64,000 bases of DNA from Promethearchaeota archaeon (GCA_029838195.1 JALGVJ010000006.1:64001-128000), one strand, 5' to 3'. Counted from the stretch's first letter, positions 10,325 to 20,308 are shown. The notes: generated by a model not told the origin, from the letters alone. Numbers and translations: made by a program.

Positions 10325-11347
10325 TTACTCTTCCTCTCCCAACATGAATTCTTGATCGTCATTCATATCATATGTCATCATAGGTGGAATAGCCTCAAGA
10401 TCCAAACCAGAAATATAATTAAATCTCCTCTTTACAATTTCTTCTAATTTGCGATTAATGAAATTCAAATTAATTCCCATGGGACAGGCGTTCTGGCATG
10501 CCCCGCAAGCCACACACCTCCCAGCTAAATGCAACGCTCTATTCATGTGAAATATAATGATATCCGCTAATTCTGTAGTCTTTCCAAACCAAACGGGAAG
10601 ATTTTGATCCACGAAACAGTAGTTACAGTAGCACATTGGGCAGATCTCCCGGCAAGCGTAGCACCGGATACAGTTTTTTAGCGCATCCTTAAGGAACTCA
10701 TACTTTTCTTCTGGTGGTTTTGTTTCGTAATCGGTAAGATCATCAAAAGAATATTCAAGAGGCGTGGTTGGTTGAGATTCGCCCACGATATATTGTGACG
10801 TGGAATTTGAAATAGGAGGCGCTTTAATTTTGCACGTCTTGCAGAGCTCACTTAGATATTCTTGAAAGGGCAATTCCACTTCCGTGTCATTGCTTTTGAC
10901 ATAAATAGTATTATCTTTCACGGCTACATCCGTAATTTCAGCGATTCCCATTTCTTTTTTAATTCTGGCTCTATCCAAGATGCCATTGCATGAAATTCCA
11001 ATGATCTTAATATCTTCCATGTCCACCTTTCTTTCCAGGGCAAGTAGAAACACAGCCCTAGCAGTGCATCCTTTCGAGATGATGCCAACTTTTAACTTTA
11101 CGGGTTTTCCTTCCACCATCTTGGTGGGAAACGGAACGAGATATTTTGCCAGATTAATATAGCAAGAATTATTCCAGATTAATTCTTCCACCTCTTCCTC
11201 TTTTCTAATAAAACGAGGTGAACTGGTAAGAGGAAGGGTCCCTTGAGAATATCCAATAATAACATCCACGGTTTTTTCCTTAAGAAGTTTTCTAGCTACT
11301 TCTCTCATTTCTTGCTGTATTTTTTCATTTTCTTGAGCAATATTCAT
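10325..11347 (-). CDS. flxC: FlxC-like Fe-S subunit
   Basis: CIRCYACREICPMCYC, HLAGRCVACGACQNACP; position in flxDCBA order. Confidence 0.82.
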   Translation of the reverse strand: MNIAQENEKIQQEMREVARKLLKEKTVDVIIGYSQGTLPLTSSPRFIRKEEEVEELIWNNSCYINLAKYLVPFPTKMVEGKPVKLKVGIISKGCTARAVFLLALERKVDMEDIKIIGISCNGILDRARIKKEMGIAEITDVAVKDNTIYVKSNDTEVELPFQEYLSELCKTCKIKAPPISNSTSQYIVGESQPTTPLEYSFDDLTDYETKPPEEKYEFLKDALKNCIRCYACREICPMCYCNYCFVDQNLPVWFGKTTELADIIIFHMNRALHLAGRCVACGACQNACPMGINLNFINRKLEEIVKRRFNYISGLDLEAIPPMMTYDMNDDQEFMLGEEE

Positions 11348-11353
11348 GATTCT

Positions 11354-11809
11354 TTACCACCTCTTTTTAAATTGATCATTGGGTCCTAATTTCTTGATGA
11401 TTTCCGTGGCTTTCGTGACTAATTCAGCAAATCTTTCTCCTTCAGCTGCTGATGCCCACATGAATTGTACGCGTCCCGATGGAATGCCAAAATAGTCCAA
11501 TAAATCATGCAAAATCGCAAATCTCCGGCGCGCTACGAGATTTCCGGAGATATAATGGCAATCTCCAGGATGGCAGCCTGAAACGATGACTCCATCCCAT
11601 CCATCCACTAAGCTTTTAATTATGAAAAAAGGATTAATTCGTCCAGAGCAAGGGACTCGAACAATCCTGATACTGGGTGGATATTGGATTCGGCTCACGC
11701 CAGCAAGGTCTGCGCCTGCATAAGAACACCAATTGCATAAAAACGCAATTATTTTTGGCTCCCAAGGAGCTTCTTTTTCTTCTGTTCTTTCTACTACTTT
11801 TTCGGTCAT
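11354..11809 (-). CDS. mvhD: MvhD/FlxD 2Fe-2S subunit (Cys form)
   Basis: FLCNWCSYAGAD, VPCSGR, GCHPGDCHY. Confidence 0.93.
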   Translation of the reverse strand: MTEKVVERTEEKEAPWEPKIIAFLCNWCSYAGADLAGVSRIQYPPSIRIVRVPCSGRINPFFIIKSLVDGWDGVIVSGCHPGDCHYISGNLVARRRFAILHDLLDYFGIPSGRVQFMWASAAEGERFAELVTKATEIIKKLGPNDQFKKRW

Positions 11810-11811
11810 GT

Positions 11812-14800
11812 TTACATCCTCCCTGTTATCATTGCATGAATTTGCTGGGCTGTAAACCCAAATACATCAATTGCCGAGCTCCTGCAGCTGCCAGAGCAAA
11901 GTCCACAGCCCTTGCAAAGAGCTTCGTTAATGGAGGCGATCAGGCCGAACCGCCTATCCTCTACCAATTCGATAGCATTATATGCACAGATTTCGACGCA
12001 CATTCCGCATCCAGAGCAGCGTTCTGCGATGACACGGGCCACTTTTCCTTCTGCCTCGATTTCCTCCTTGGATAGAATCGTGCACGCTCTCGACACGGCG
12101 GCATTGGCTTGGGCAATGGAATCTTCAATGGGCTTTGGACAGTGAGCCAATCCCGCCACGAACACGCCTTCGGTTGCAAAATCAACGGGCCGAAGCTTCA
12201 CGTGAGCTTCCAAGAAGAATTTATCGTCATTAAGCGGCACTTTCAGCATTTTTGCGAGCTCTTCATTTTCTTTTGCGGGAGCTTCAATTCCCACGCTTAA
12301 CACCAAGAGGTCAGCTTTGATGCCAACCTTGCCCAATTTTGGATTTTCTACCTCCACTTTCAACCATTCACCATCTCGGGAGACGTGCGGAGGATTTTTT
12401 TCATCGTATCGAATGAACACCACGCCGTTTTCCCTTGCTTTCCGATAATACAGCTCTTTAAAACCATAGGTGCGAATATCTCGATACAATATCACGATCT
12501 CCGCGGAAGGGTTCAATTCCTTGGCGCAAAGTGCGTTCTTGATCGCTTCTGCACAACACATCTTGCTGCAATAGGGATGCTCTTCATTTCTCGACCCTAC
12601 GCATTGGATCATCACGATTGTCTTTTTATCTTTAATTTCATCTGTTTTATTAAGCAAGTATTCAAATTCCGACTGCGTGATCACGCTCATGTCTTGCCCT
12701 GCCATGTATTCTTTTGGTTTATATTCGCGTGCTCCCGTTGCCACGATGATGACGCCATGTTCCACTTCTTCGTTCTTGCGATCTTTCCCGTGCACTAAAT
12801 ACGTTTTAAAATTCCCGATGTATCCATCGATAGTTTCTATGTCTGCCTCCGTAAATACATGAATGAGTTCATGAGAGGTGACGTGCTCGATCAAGTCGCT
12901 CAAATAGGCCTGCACGTCCTTGCCCTCTAGTGTGGTAAAAATGTTTCGAGCGTGGCCTCCCAAGTGTTCATTCTTTTCCACCAAATATGTTTCATATCCT
13001 TGTTCGGCACAATTCAGCGCCGCCACCATCCCCGCAATGCCGCCACCAATAACCAGGACCTTGGGCGTGACCTTTAACTTGATCCTGTCTAAGGGCACGA
13101 TGTTGCGTGCCTTGTTTACCGCCATCCTCACCAAATCTTTTGCTTTCTCCGTTGCTTCTTTCGGCTGCATCATGTGGACCCAAGAACATTGATCCCGAAT
13201 GTTGGCCATTTGAAACAAGTATCGATTCAAGCCAGCTTCCCTGATGGTTTCTTGAAATAAGGGTTCGTGTGTCCTTGGCGTGCAGGACGCCACGATAACC
13301 CGATTCAAGTTATACTCTTGAATTTTTTCCTTTATGATCTGCTGCGTATCGGCAGAACATGTGTACAAATTCTGATCTGCTAACACCACGTTAGGAAGTG
13401 TTTTGGCATATCGCACGACCTCGGGAACGTCCACCACGCCACCAATATTGATTCCACAATGGCATATGAACACCCCTATTCTTGGGGGTTGCCCTGATAC
13501 ATAAATTTCTGGAGGCAACATCTTTTCCGTTATTAAAGTACCGCGTTTCTCATATAATAACGCATTCACGCAACCCGCCGCCGCACTTGCTTGTGTCACC
13601 GTTTCCGGGATGTCTTTTGGTGATACGAACGCTCCACAGGCAAATATCCCTTCCCTTGACGTATGAACCGGATTGAACACCTCTGTCTTCACAAAATTAA
13701 ACTCATTCAACTCCACGCCAAATTTTTCTGCCAAGTATTTTGCATCCCTCGGCGGATTCAACCCTACCGCTAACACCACCATGTTAAATACCTCCTCTAC
13801 GATGCTTCCATCCTCTGCTTCATAGGTGAGCTTTAAATCCTTCGTTTCCGGCACTTCCGTAATCGAAGACACTCGACTGCGAATGTAGCGAACTCCATAC
13901 TCCTCCTTCGCCCGCTCTATATACTTGTCAAAATCCTTCCCATACGCTCGAATGTCCATGGAGAAAATTGTCGGCTCCACTTGATGCATGTGCTCTTTTG
14001 CTATTACCGCCTCCTTCGCCGTGTACATGCAACACACGCTCGAACAATACGGCTGCCCTTCCCTTAAATCTCTTGAGCCCACGCACTGCAAGAAGGCGAT
14101 CTTCACGGGAACGTCTCCATCCGAGGGGCGAAGAATTTTCCCCGAATACGGCCCGCTCGCACTTAAAATCCTCTCGAATTCTATGCTCGTGACCACGTTC
14201 TTATACGTTCCATAGCCTAACCTTTTTACGGCTGTTGGCACGAACTCATCAAATCCAGGGGCTAAAATTACTGCTCCCACGTTTATATCAATGATCTCAT
14301 CTTCCCTATCATATTCCACCGCTTCAGCCCTACACACGCCCTTGCAGATCCCGCACCCAATGCAGAATTCCCGATTAATAGCATATATTAACGGAACTGC
14401 TTGAGGGTATTTCACGGAAGTTGCTTTATTCTTGGCTAGTCCTTCATTAAAAATGTCGATAGCTTCAACGGGACAATTTTGTCCACAGACGCCGCATCCC
14501 GTGCATTTATCGGGATTAATGAATAAAGATTTTTTTCGAATTTTTATTTTGAAATTACCCGCTTCACCCGTCACCTTTATAATTTCTGTATTTATGTGTA
14601 GGTCAATGTTTTGGTGACGCCCTGTCTCAACCAACTTTGGGCTTACAATACACATAGCACAATCATTAGTTGGGAAGGTTTTATCGAGTTGAGCCATTAC
14701 TCCGCCAATGCTGGTAGTAATTTCGATCAGATGAACTTTGAACCCGGCATCAGCAAGGTCAAGGGCGGCTTGGCATCCACCTATACCTCCCCCTACAACC

Positions 14801-14823
14801 AAAACAGCTCCAACTTTGTCCAT
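11812..14823 (-). CDS. hdrA: Large two-module heterodisulfide reductase subunit A (two FAD-binding modules)
   Basis: Two GGGIxG FAD motifs, LDKTFPTNDC, two QCVGSR..YCS motifs, CHCG, SCTPRTHE, EAHVKLRPV, ferredoxin motifs. Confidence 0.93.
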   Translation of the reverse strand: MDKVGAVLVVGGGIGGCQAALDLADAGFKVHLIEITTSIGGVMAQLDKTFPTNDCAMCIVSPKLVETGRHQNIDLHINTEIIKVTGEAGNFKIKIRKKSLFINPDKCTGCGVCGQNCPVEAIDIFNEGLAKNKATSVKYPQAVPLIYAINREFCIGCGICKGVCRAEAVEYDREDEIIDINVGAVILAPGFDEFVPTAVKRLGYGTYKNVVTSIEFERILSASGPYSGKILRPSDGDVPVKIAFLQCVGSRDLREGQPYCSSVCCMYTAKEAVIAKEHMHQVEPTIFSMDIRAYGKDFDKYIERAKEEYGVRYIRSRVSSITEVPETKDLKLTYEAEDGSIVEEVFNMVVLAVGLNPPRDAKYLAEKFGVELNEFNFVKTEVFNPVHTSREGIFACGAFVSPKDIPETVTQASAAAGCVNALLYEKRGTLITEKMLPPEIYVSGQPPRIGVFICHCGINIGGVVDVPEVVRYAKTLPNVVLADQNLYTCSADTQQIIKEKIQEYNLNRVIVASCTPRTHEPLFQETIREAGLNRYLFQMANIRDQCSWVHMMQPKEATEKAKDLVRMAVNKARNIVPLDRIKLKVTPKVLVIGGGIAGMVAALNCAEQGYETYLVEKNEHLGGHARNIFTTLEGKDVQAYLSDLIEHVTSHELIHVFTEADIETIDGYIGNFKTYLVHGKDRKNEEVEHGVIIVATGAREYKPKEYMAGQDMSVITQSEFEYLLNKTDEIKDKKTIVMIQCVGSRNEEHPYCSKMCCAEAIKNALCAKELNPSAEIVILYRDIRTYGFKELYYRKARENGVVFIRYDEKNPPHVSRDGEWLKVEVENPKLGKVGIKADLLVLSVGIEAPAKENEELAKMLKVPLNDDKFFLEAHVKLRPVDFATEGVFVAGLAHCPKPIEDSIAQANAAVSRACTILSKEEIEAEGKVARVIAERCSGCGMCVEICAYNAIELVEDRRFGLIASINEALCKGCGLCSGSCRSSAIDVFGFTAQQIHAMITGRM

Positions 14824-15600
14824 TTATTCCATCACCTCCATTAAGCTCACGTATATTGGAGTATTTTCAATAATTTGTTCCATGGTAACCGTACCTCGAT
14901 TTTTTAAGACGATAATGTTATCTAACACTTCGCTGGGATCAAGTTGAAGTTCCGTGGCTAATTCTTTTACGGATTTAGGACTTTCTTGTAAGGCAAGTTG
15001 AATCCGGGCGCGGTGATATTCATCGAGAACGGTTTGAGTTAATAATTGGTCAAATTCTTCGGGGGGAATTTTTTCACCATAGACATTTTCATTTTGAGTG
15101 ATATCTCGTTCTCTCCCCACGAGTGCCCGAATTCGGTAGCTGGTGGCAGCGAGCTTGATGGCTTTCAGCTTTGGTCTCAATTCTCTTGCGAGTTGTTCAT
15201 CTTTTAGAGGAGTTGGGCCAAGATTCTTGATTTGTTCCGTGAAATGGGAGATTACCTCAGCGAACCGGCTACCTTCCGAGGCAGATACCCATTCCAAGTG
15301 AACTCGTTGGTCCATGTGTAGTAATTTTAGGAATTTTTGGACCATGTGAAATTTCATTTCCGCTTCGTAATTTCCTTCGAGATAGTGACAATCGCCTGGA
15401 TGACATCCCATAACAATGACCCCGTCAAGACCGGTGAGCAGTCCTTCGAAAATGAATTCAGGGTCCACCCGTCCGCTGCACATGACGCGAATGACGCGAA
15501 GATTCGGAGGGTATTGAATGCGGCTCACGCCAGCAAGGTCTGCGCCGGCATAGGAGCACCAATTGCATAAGAATCCTAAAATTTTTGGTTCAAAACTCAT
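14824..15600 (-). CDS. MvhD-like 2Fe-2S domain fused to a C-terminal extension ending in a winged-HTH-like segment
   Basis: FLCNWCSYAGAD/CSGR/GCHPGDCHY, then SPKSVKELATELQLDPSEVLDNIIVLKNRGTV. Confidence 0.85.
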   Translation of the reverse strand: MSFEPKILGFLCNWCSYAGADLAGVSRIQYPPNLRVIRVMCSGRVDPEFIFEGLLTGLDGVIVMGCHPGDCHYLEGNYEAEMKFHMVQKFLKLLHMDQRVHLEWVSASEGSRFAEVISHFTEQIKNLGPTPLKDEQLARELRPKLKAIKLAATSYRIRALVGRERDITQNENVYGEKIPPEEFDQLLTQTVLDEYHRARIQLALQESPKSVKELATELQLDPSEVLDNIIVLKNRGTVTMEQIIENTPIYVSLMEVME

Positions 15601-17282
15601 GTTATTTCAGGACCTCCGAGAGCATGGATTTCAGATAAAATTTGATCATTCGTGAAGTGTTTAATGACGATAGCTTTTTGTGGGCAACTTGCGGCACACG
15701 TTCCACAACCCTTGCATAGGGCTTCAATGATGAGGATTTGAGCATCCTCATCCTTTTGAATGGCATTAAATGGGCAAATTTTAACGCAGATTTCACATCC
15801 CACGCATAAATTTTTATTCCAGTCGGGTAAGAATGCCGTGTTGCCTTCTACTTTAATGGTTTCTTGAGAGAGTACCGTGGCAGCTCTTGCGGCAGCGGCA
15901 TGTCCTTGCGAGATGGCTTCTGCGATGGTAGCAGGCCATTTTGCAGAACCGCACACGTAAACGCCGTCGGTTGCAAAATCATTCGGGCGTAGTTTCACGT
16001 GAGCCTCTAGGAAGAAATTTTTTTCTTCGAGAGGTACTTTTAGTAATTGAGCGAGATTTTTATTTTGAGGGCTTGCGATGAGGGGCGTGGAGAGGACTAA
16101 AAGGTCATAGGGAATGGACATGATTTCACCAATATATTCATTAAACACGTCCACGTGGTCTTCTTCCACGACGAGCTCTTTTTCGGGGGAGTATCTAATA
16201 AAGAGAATGCCGCTTTCTCTTGCTCGCCTATAATATTCTTCGCCCTCGATGCCAGGAGTATAGAGATTTCTAAACAAGATGATGATATTTCTATCCGGAT
16301 TGCGTTCTTTCAAAATGAGAGCATTTTTTAGGGCGCTCATGCAGCATACATTTGAGCAATAAGTTCTTTCTTCATTACGTGCACCAACGCATTGAATCAT
16401 CACGATATTTTTAGCCTTAACCGTTCCTTCTTTTAAGAATCGTTCTAATTCCAGTTGGGTGATTCTAATTTTTCCATCATAGCCGAAGAGATTGAAAGGC
16501 GTGAGATTCACGGCGCCCACTGCCACGATGATGGCTCCTACGTTCACCGTTCGAGGAGTTCCATCGTGGTTCATGGATACTGTAAAATTGCCGATGTAGC
16601 CATTGATATCCTCCACCACGGCTTTAGTATAAACGGTCAAATTTTTAGCATTTTGAATTTTTTCCTTGTAATCTTTTAAAAGAGTGGCAGCTTCAACCTC
16701 TTTTGGAAACGTTTTATAGAGTGATGTTAGCAGGCCGCCGAGTTCGTCTTCTTTTTCGATCAAGTAGGTTTCATACCCTTGATTATTAAGACTGAGAGCC
16801 GCAGCCATGCCTGCAATGCCTCCGCCAATGACTAAAGCGGAGGGATGAATTTCTATGAGGATATCTTCTAAAGGTTCGAGTTTAGCAGCTTTTGAAACGC
16901 CCATACGAATCAAATCGATGGCTTTATTGAATGCTGCTTCGGGGTTTTTCATGTGCACCCAGGTGCATTGTTCTCGTATGTTTACGAATTGAAACAAATA
17001 AGGATTTAATCCTACCTCCCGAATGGTTTCTCGAAATAAAGGTTCATGAGTACGAGGAGTACACGAGCATACCACGACGCGGTTCAAATCATGCTCCTCT
17101 ACTGCCTTTTTTATATTAGTCAACCCTGTTTCGGAGCATGTGTATAAATTATCTTCCGTATAAACGACATTAGGGAATTCTCTTGCTTTTTCTGCCAATT
17201 TCTTGCAATCTATTAAACCTCCAATATTGGAGCCACAATGACAAACAAAAACACCAATTCTGGGCTCCATTTCTTCATCCAT
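15597..17282 (-). CDS. hdrA: HdrA-like subunit (N-terminal cluster domain + FAD domain + C-terminal ferredoxin; QmoB-like architecture)
   Basis: RIGVFVCHCG, SCTPRTHE, GGGIAG, QCVGAR..YCS, CVGCEIC/CKGCGTC. Confidence 0.9.
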   Translation of the reverse strand: MDEEMEPRIGVFVCHCGSNIGGLIDCKKLAEKAREFPNVVYTEDNLYTCSETGLTNIKKAVEEHDLNRVVVCSCTPRTHEPLFRETIREVGLNPYLFQFVNIREQCTWVHMKNPEAAFNKAIDLIRMGVSKAAKLEPLEDILIEIHPSALVIGGGIAGMAAALSLNNQGYETYLIEKEDELGGLLTSLYKTFPKEVEAATLLKDYKEKIQNAKNLTVYTKAVVEDINGYIGNFTVSMNHDGTPRTVNVGAIIVAVGAVNLTPFNLFGYDGKIRITQLELERFLKEGTVKAKNIVMIQCVGARNEERTYCSNVCCMSALKNALILKERNPDRNIIILFRNLYTPGIEGEEYYRRARESGILFIRYSPEKELVVEEDHVDVFNEYIGEIMSIPYDLLVLSTPLIASPQNKNLAQLLKVPLEEKNFFLEAHVKLRPNDFATDGVYVCGSAKWPATIAEAISQGHAAAARAATVLSQETIKVEGNTAFLPDWNKNLCVGCEICVKICPFNAIQKDEDAQILIIEALCKGCGTCAASCPQKAIVIKHFTNDQILSEIHALGGPEIT

Positions 17283-17288
17283 TTTAAT

Positions 17289-18593
17289 TCATCCACCTCC
17301 ATTTATGATTTCAGCAATTTTTCCCGCAGCAGCACTTCCTTCTGCAACAGATGTCGGAATATCCATGGGAGCATGAGAACATCCGCAAGCAAAAATCCCT
17401 TCTCGACTGGTGAGAATGGGAAAATAAGGATCGGTCTCAATAAATGAATGTTGGTTCAATCTAATATTTAATACTTCCGCAATTTCCTTGGTGCCTTGCG
17501 AAGGAATGATGCACGTGGAGAGCACGACTAAATCTACTTTTAACTGCTTAATTTCGTCAGTATCCAAATTCTCATACGTGAGGATGGGATTTTCCTCTTC
17601 ATCCACTTGAATTTCATTCACCTTGCTCTTGATGTACTTGATGTTATATTCTTCAGCACCACGTTTAAGGAATTTTTGAAAATGCTTGCCGCCCGCACGC
17701 AAATCGATATAAAAAACGAATGATTCTATTTCATTATCATGTTCGTGAGCAATCATGGCTTCCTTCGTGGAATACATGCAGCATATCGAGGAACAATAGG
17801 GATGACTCCTCACGTTTCGAGAGCCCACGCATTGAAGGAAGGCGATTCGTTTCGGATCCCTTCCATCAGATAAGCGCCGCAAGTGTCCTCCTTGGGGACC
17901 AGACGCGCATATTAATCTTTCAAATTCTAATCCCGTTACCACGTTTCTAAATTTCTTGTATCCATAGCTACCAAGAGGATTAATATCTTCCAACACATCA
18001 TATCCCGTGGCAACAAGGATTGCGCCTACATTTGATAACGTGATGATTTCATCTTGTTGATCAAAATCGATGGCTTGGCGTTCGCAATTTTTTTCACATA
18101 TCCTACAAGCATTTTTTGTAAACCATAAACAATGCTCCTTGTCAATTGTCATGATCGCAGGAACGCCTTGTAGATAATACATGTAAATTGCCTTGCGCTT
18201 CTTGAGGTACCGATCAAACTCGTCATCCACCCGCATTGGACACTTTTCAGCGCAGACGCCGCAATTAATGCAAGCATCTTCCTTGACGTAGCGTGCGTGC
18301 TTGAGAATCTTTACGGTAAAATTTCCCGCTTCCCCATCCACTTCTTGTACATCAGAATATGCATGGAGGGTAATTAAGGGATGTCGTGCACACTCTGATA
18401 ACTTTGGGGCTAATATACAAATAGAACAGTCATTCGTGGGAAAAGTCTTATCCAATTGAGCCATCCGGCCTCCGATGCATGGTTTTTTCTCCACCAAATC
18501 CACTTTAATTCCCATGTTAGCAAGATCTAAAGCGGATTGAATGCCTGCAATCCCTCCTCCAATTATTAAAGCGCTTTTTGATTTTTTTAACAC
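17289..18593 (-). CDS. hdrA: HdrA-like subunit (FAD domain with inserted ferredoxin; lacks N-terminal and C-terminal domains)
   Basis: GTG start after GGAGG; GGGIAG, LDKTFPTNDCSIC, CINCGVC, QCVGSR..YCSSICC. Confidence 0.9.
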   Translation of the reverse strand: MLKKSKSALIIGGGIAGIQSALDLANMGIKVDLVEKKPCIGGRMAQLDKTFPTNDCSICILAPKLSECARHPLITLHAYSDVQEVDGEAGNFTVKILKHARYVKEDACINCGVCAEKCPMRVDDEFDRYLKKRKAIYMYYLQGVPAIMTIDKEHCLWFTKNACRICEKNCERQAIDFDQQDEIITLSNVGAILVATGYDVLEDINPLGSYGYKKFRNVVTGLEFERLICASGPQGGHLRRLSDGRDPKRIAFLQCVGSRNVRSHPYCSSICCMYSTKEAMIAHEHDNEIESFVFYIDLRAGGKHFQKFLKRGAEEYNIKYIKSKVNEIQVDEEENPILTYENLDTDEIKQLKVDLVVLSTCIIPSQGTKEIAEVLNIRLNQHSFIETDPYFPILTSREGIFACGCSHAPMDIPTSVAEGSAAAGKIAEIINGGG

Positions 18594-18648
18594 GTTCCAA
18601 ACCTCCTTTTTTTATTTCTTTTAAAACATTTTTTAACATTCATCCTCC

Positions 18649-19521
18649 TCACTGTGGAAAGCCAATTTCTTCAAAAAACGCTTTAGTTCGCATGCGGTGG
18701 AAATTCAAACCGATTTCTTGAGGAGTATAACCGAACGCCAAGGCAATTAATTCCGAAAGGTAAAATACCGGAAAATTATAATTCGAATTATTCCTTTTAT
18801 TCAATTCATTTTGATTGAAATCATATTGTTGGTAACATGCGGGGCAGACAACTGTCACGCAATTTGCTCCTGCTTTTTGAATGGATTTTAATTTATTATC
18901 GATCATCAAAAGGGATAAATCCTTATCCGATTTATCCACCGGATTTCCACAACACTCTAATTTCAAATCATAAGGGATGGATTCCGCGCCCAATGCATTT
19001 ACAATATCATCAAGAGTATTCGGCTCAAAGGGATCATCCCCTTGAATGATGTCTGAGGGTCTTAAATAATGACATCCATAATGCACTGCCACTTTAAATC
19101 CCGTCAATGGTTTTTCCACTTTTTCTCTCAATAAATCCAAATTCTCATGAATGACTTGAGCAAAATGCTTCACGCTCGTTTTTCCATCATATTTTCGTCC
19201 AACTTCCTTTAAAATAGCGTTTACTTCTTCTTTCACTTCGGGATCCTTGTTGATGTAATAATTGACTCCCTTCAAGGTTTCCACGCAGCCCGAGCAAAAA
19301 GAAATGATCCCTCCATTTTCCGATAAACTTAAATTTCGGGCGCCCAATGCCAACCAAGTCTCATGATCTATCTGTTCGACGCCCGTGGGATCGGGACAAC
19401 AACTAAATCCTTCAATGTCGTTTAATTCAATTCCCAGCTTTTCACATACTTTTCGGGAAGAAGCCTCCAAAAAAGGAAATCGCGCGGGAATCACGCACCC
19501 CAAAAACACGTCATATCCCAT
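18649..19521 (-). CDS. hdrB: Heterodisulfide reductase subunit B
   Basis: Two CCG-type domains: FLGC..SCC..CSGC and HYGCH..ECCG..CPAC. Confidence 0.93.
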   Translation of the reverse strand: MGYDVFLGCVIPARFPFLEASSRKVCEKLGIELNDIEGFSCCPDPTGVEQIDHETWLALGARNLSLSENGGIISFCSGCVETLKGVNYYINKDPEVKEEVNAILKEVGRKYDGKTSVKHFAQVIHENLDLLREKVEKPLTGFKVAVHYGCHYLRPSDIIQGDDPFEPNTLDDIVNALGAESIPYDLKLECCGNPVDKSDKDLSLLMIDNKLKSIQKAGANCVTVVCPACYQQYDFNQNELNKRNNSNYNFPVFYLSELIALAFGYTPQEIGLNFHRMRTKAFFEEIGFPQ

Positions 19522-19523
19522 TT

Positions 19524-20027
19524 TTAAGATTCACCTCCTCCCGTTGCAAGCTTCTTGTCAAATTGAGTACGGTGGAAGATTTTTTTTAATTCATCCAGTG
19601 GTGCATTGGTAATGACCGGCAAGCCCAGCTTTTCTCGCCGGGAAAGAATCGACTTGGAATAGGGAATGGCAATTCCATTGTCTAAAATAGCTTTTCCCTG
19701 GGCAATAAATGCCTCAGGAACTCTTCCTTTTTCAAAACACTTGTTTTTTATCAGAGTAAAGATTTCGGTCAATTCTACTTTCTGTGGGCAAAGTTCCACG
19801 CATTTCTGACAAGTTGAACAAAGCCAGGGGCTCGGATCTTGCTGCTCAATTAGTTTCTCATGGAATCCTAAAATGGCCTCCTCAATGATTTTTCTCGGAT
19901 TATACTTGCCATTTGTTAGCAAAGCCATGGGACATGCGCTCGAACACGTAGAACACTGAAAGCAGTAGCTCAGGGATGCGTTGTGTTGTAGTACTTCTTT
20001 TCTGAATTCAAAATCTATTACATTCAT
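19524..20027 (-). CDS. hdrC: Heterodisulfide reductase subunit C
   Basis: CFQCSTCSSACP and WLCSTCQKCVELCPQ; upstream of hdrB. Confidence 0.92.
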   Translation of the reverse strand: MNVIDFEFRKEVLQHNASLSYCFQCSTCSSACPMALLTNGKYNPRKIIEEAILGFHEKLIEQQDPSPWLCSTCQKCVELCPQKVELTEIFTLIKNKCFEKGRVPEAFIAQGKAILDNGIAIPYSKSILSRREKLGLPVITNAPLDELKKIFHRTQFDKKLATGGGES

Positions 20028-20290
20028 GGTTTTTTACCATTTATATTTTTCTTTTTAGATTTTAGATCATCTATTTTCATATTTTATTGCTTTCGATAAT
20101 GTTAATAATAGTTTATTGTCATTATTTATAAAAATTACTATTTATGGTATTAGGTCGGGAAAAATGTTTCAAGGTCGATCATTAATAATGGTATATTGTT
20201 TGATATTGTTCTGAATGATCTAAGAGGAATCATATAATGATGAAAATTATGGTTTCTGAAAAATATAATCATGATAATTTTGTGAAAATG

Positions 20291-20308
20291 ATCATATTTA
20301 AATATGAT
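20291..20308. promoter_or_regulatory. Perfect 18-bp palindrome centred on a TATA-like box in the divergent hdrC / Cys-rich gene intergenic region
   Basis: ATCATATTT|AAATATGAT. Confidence 0.45.
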
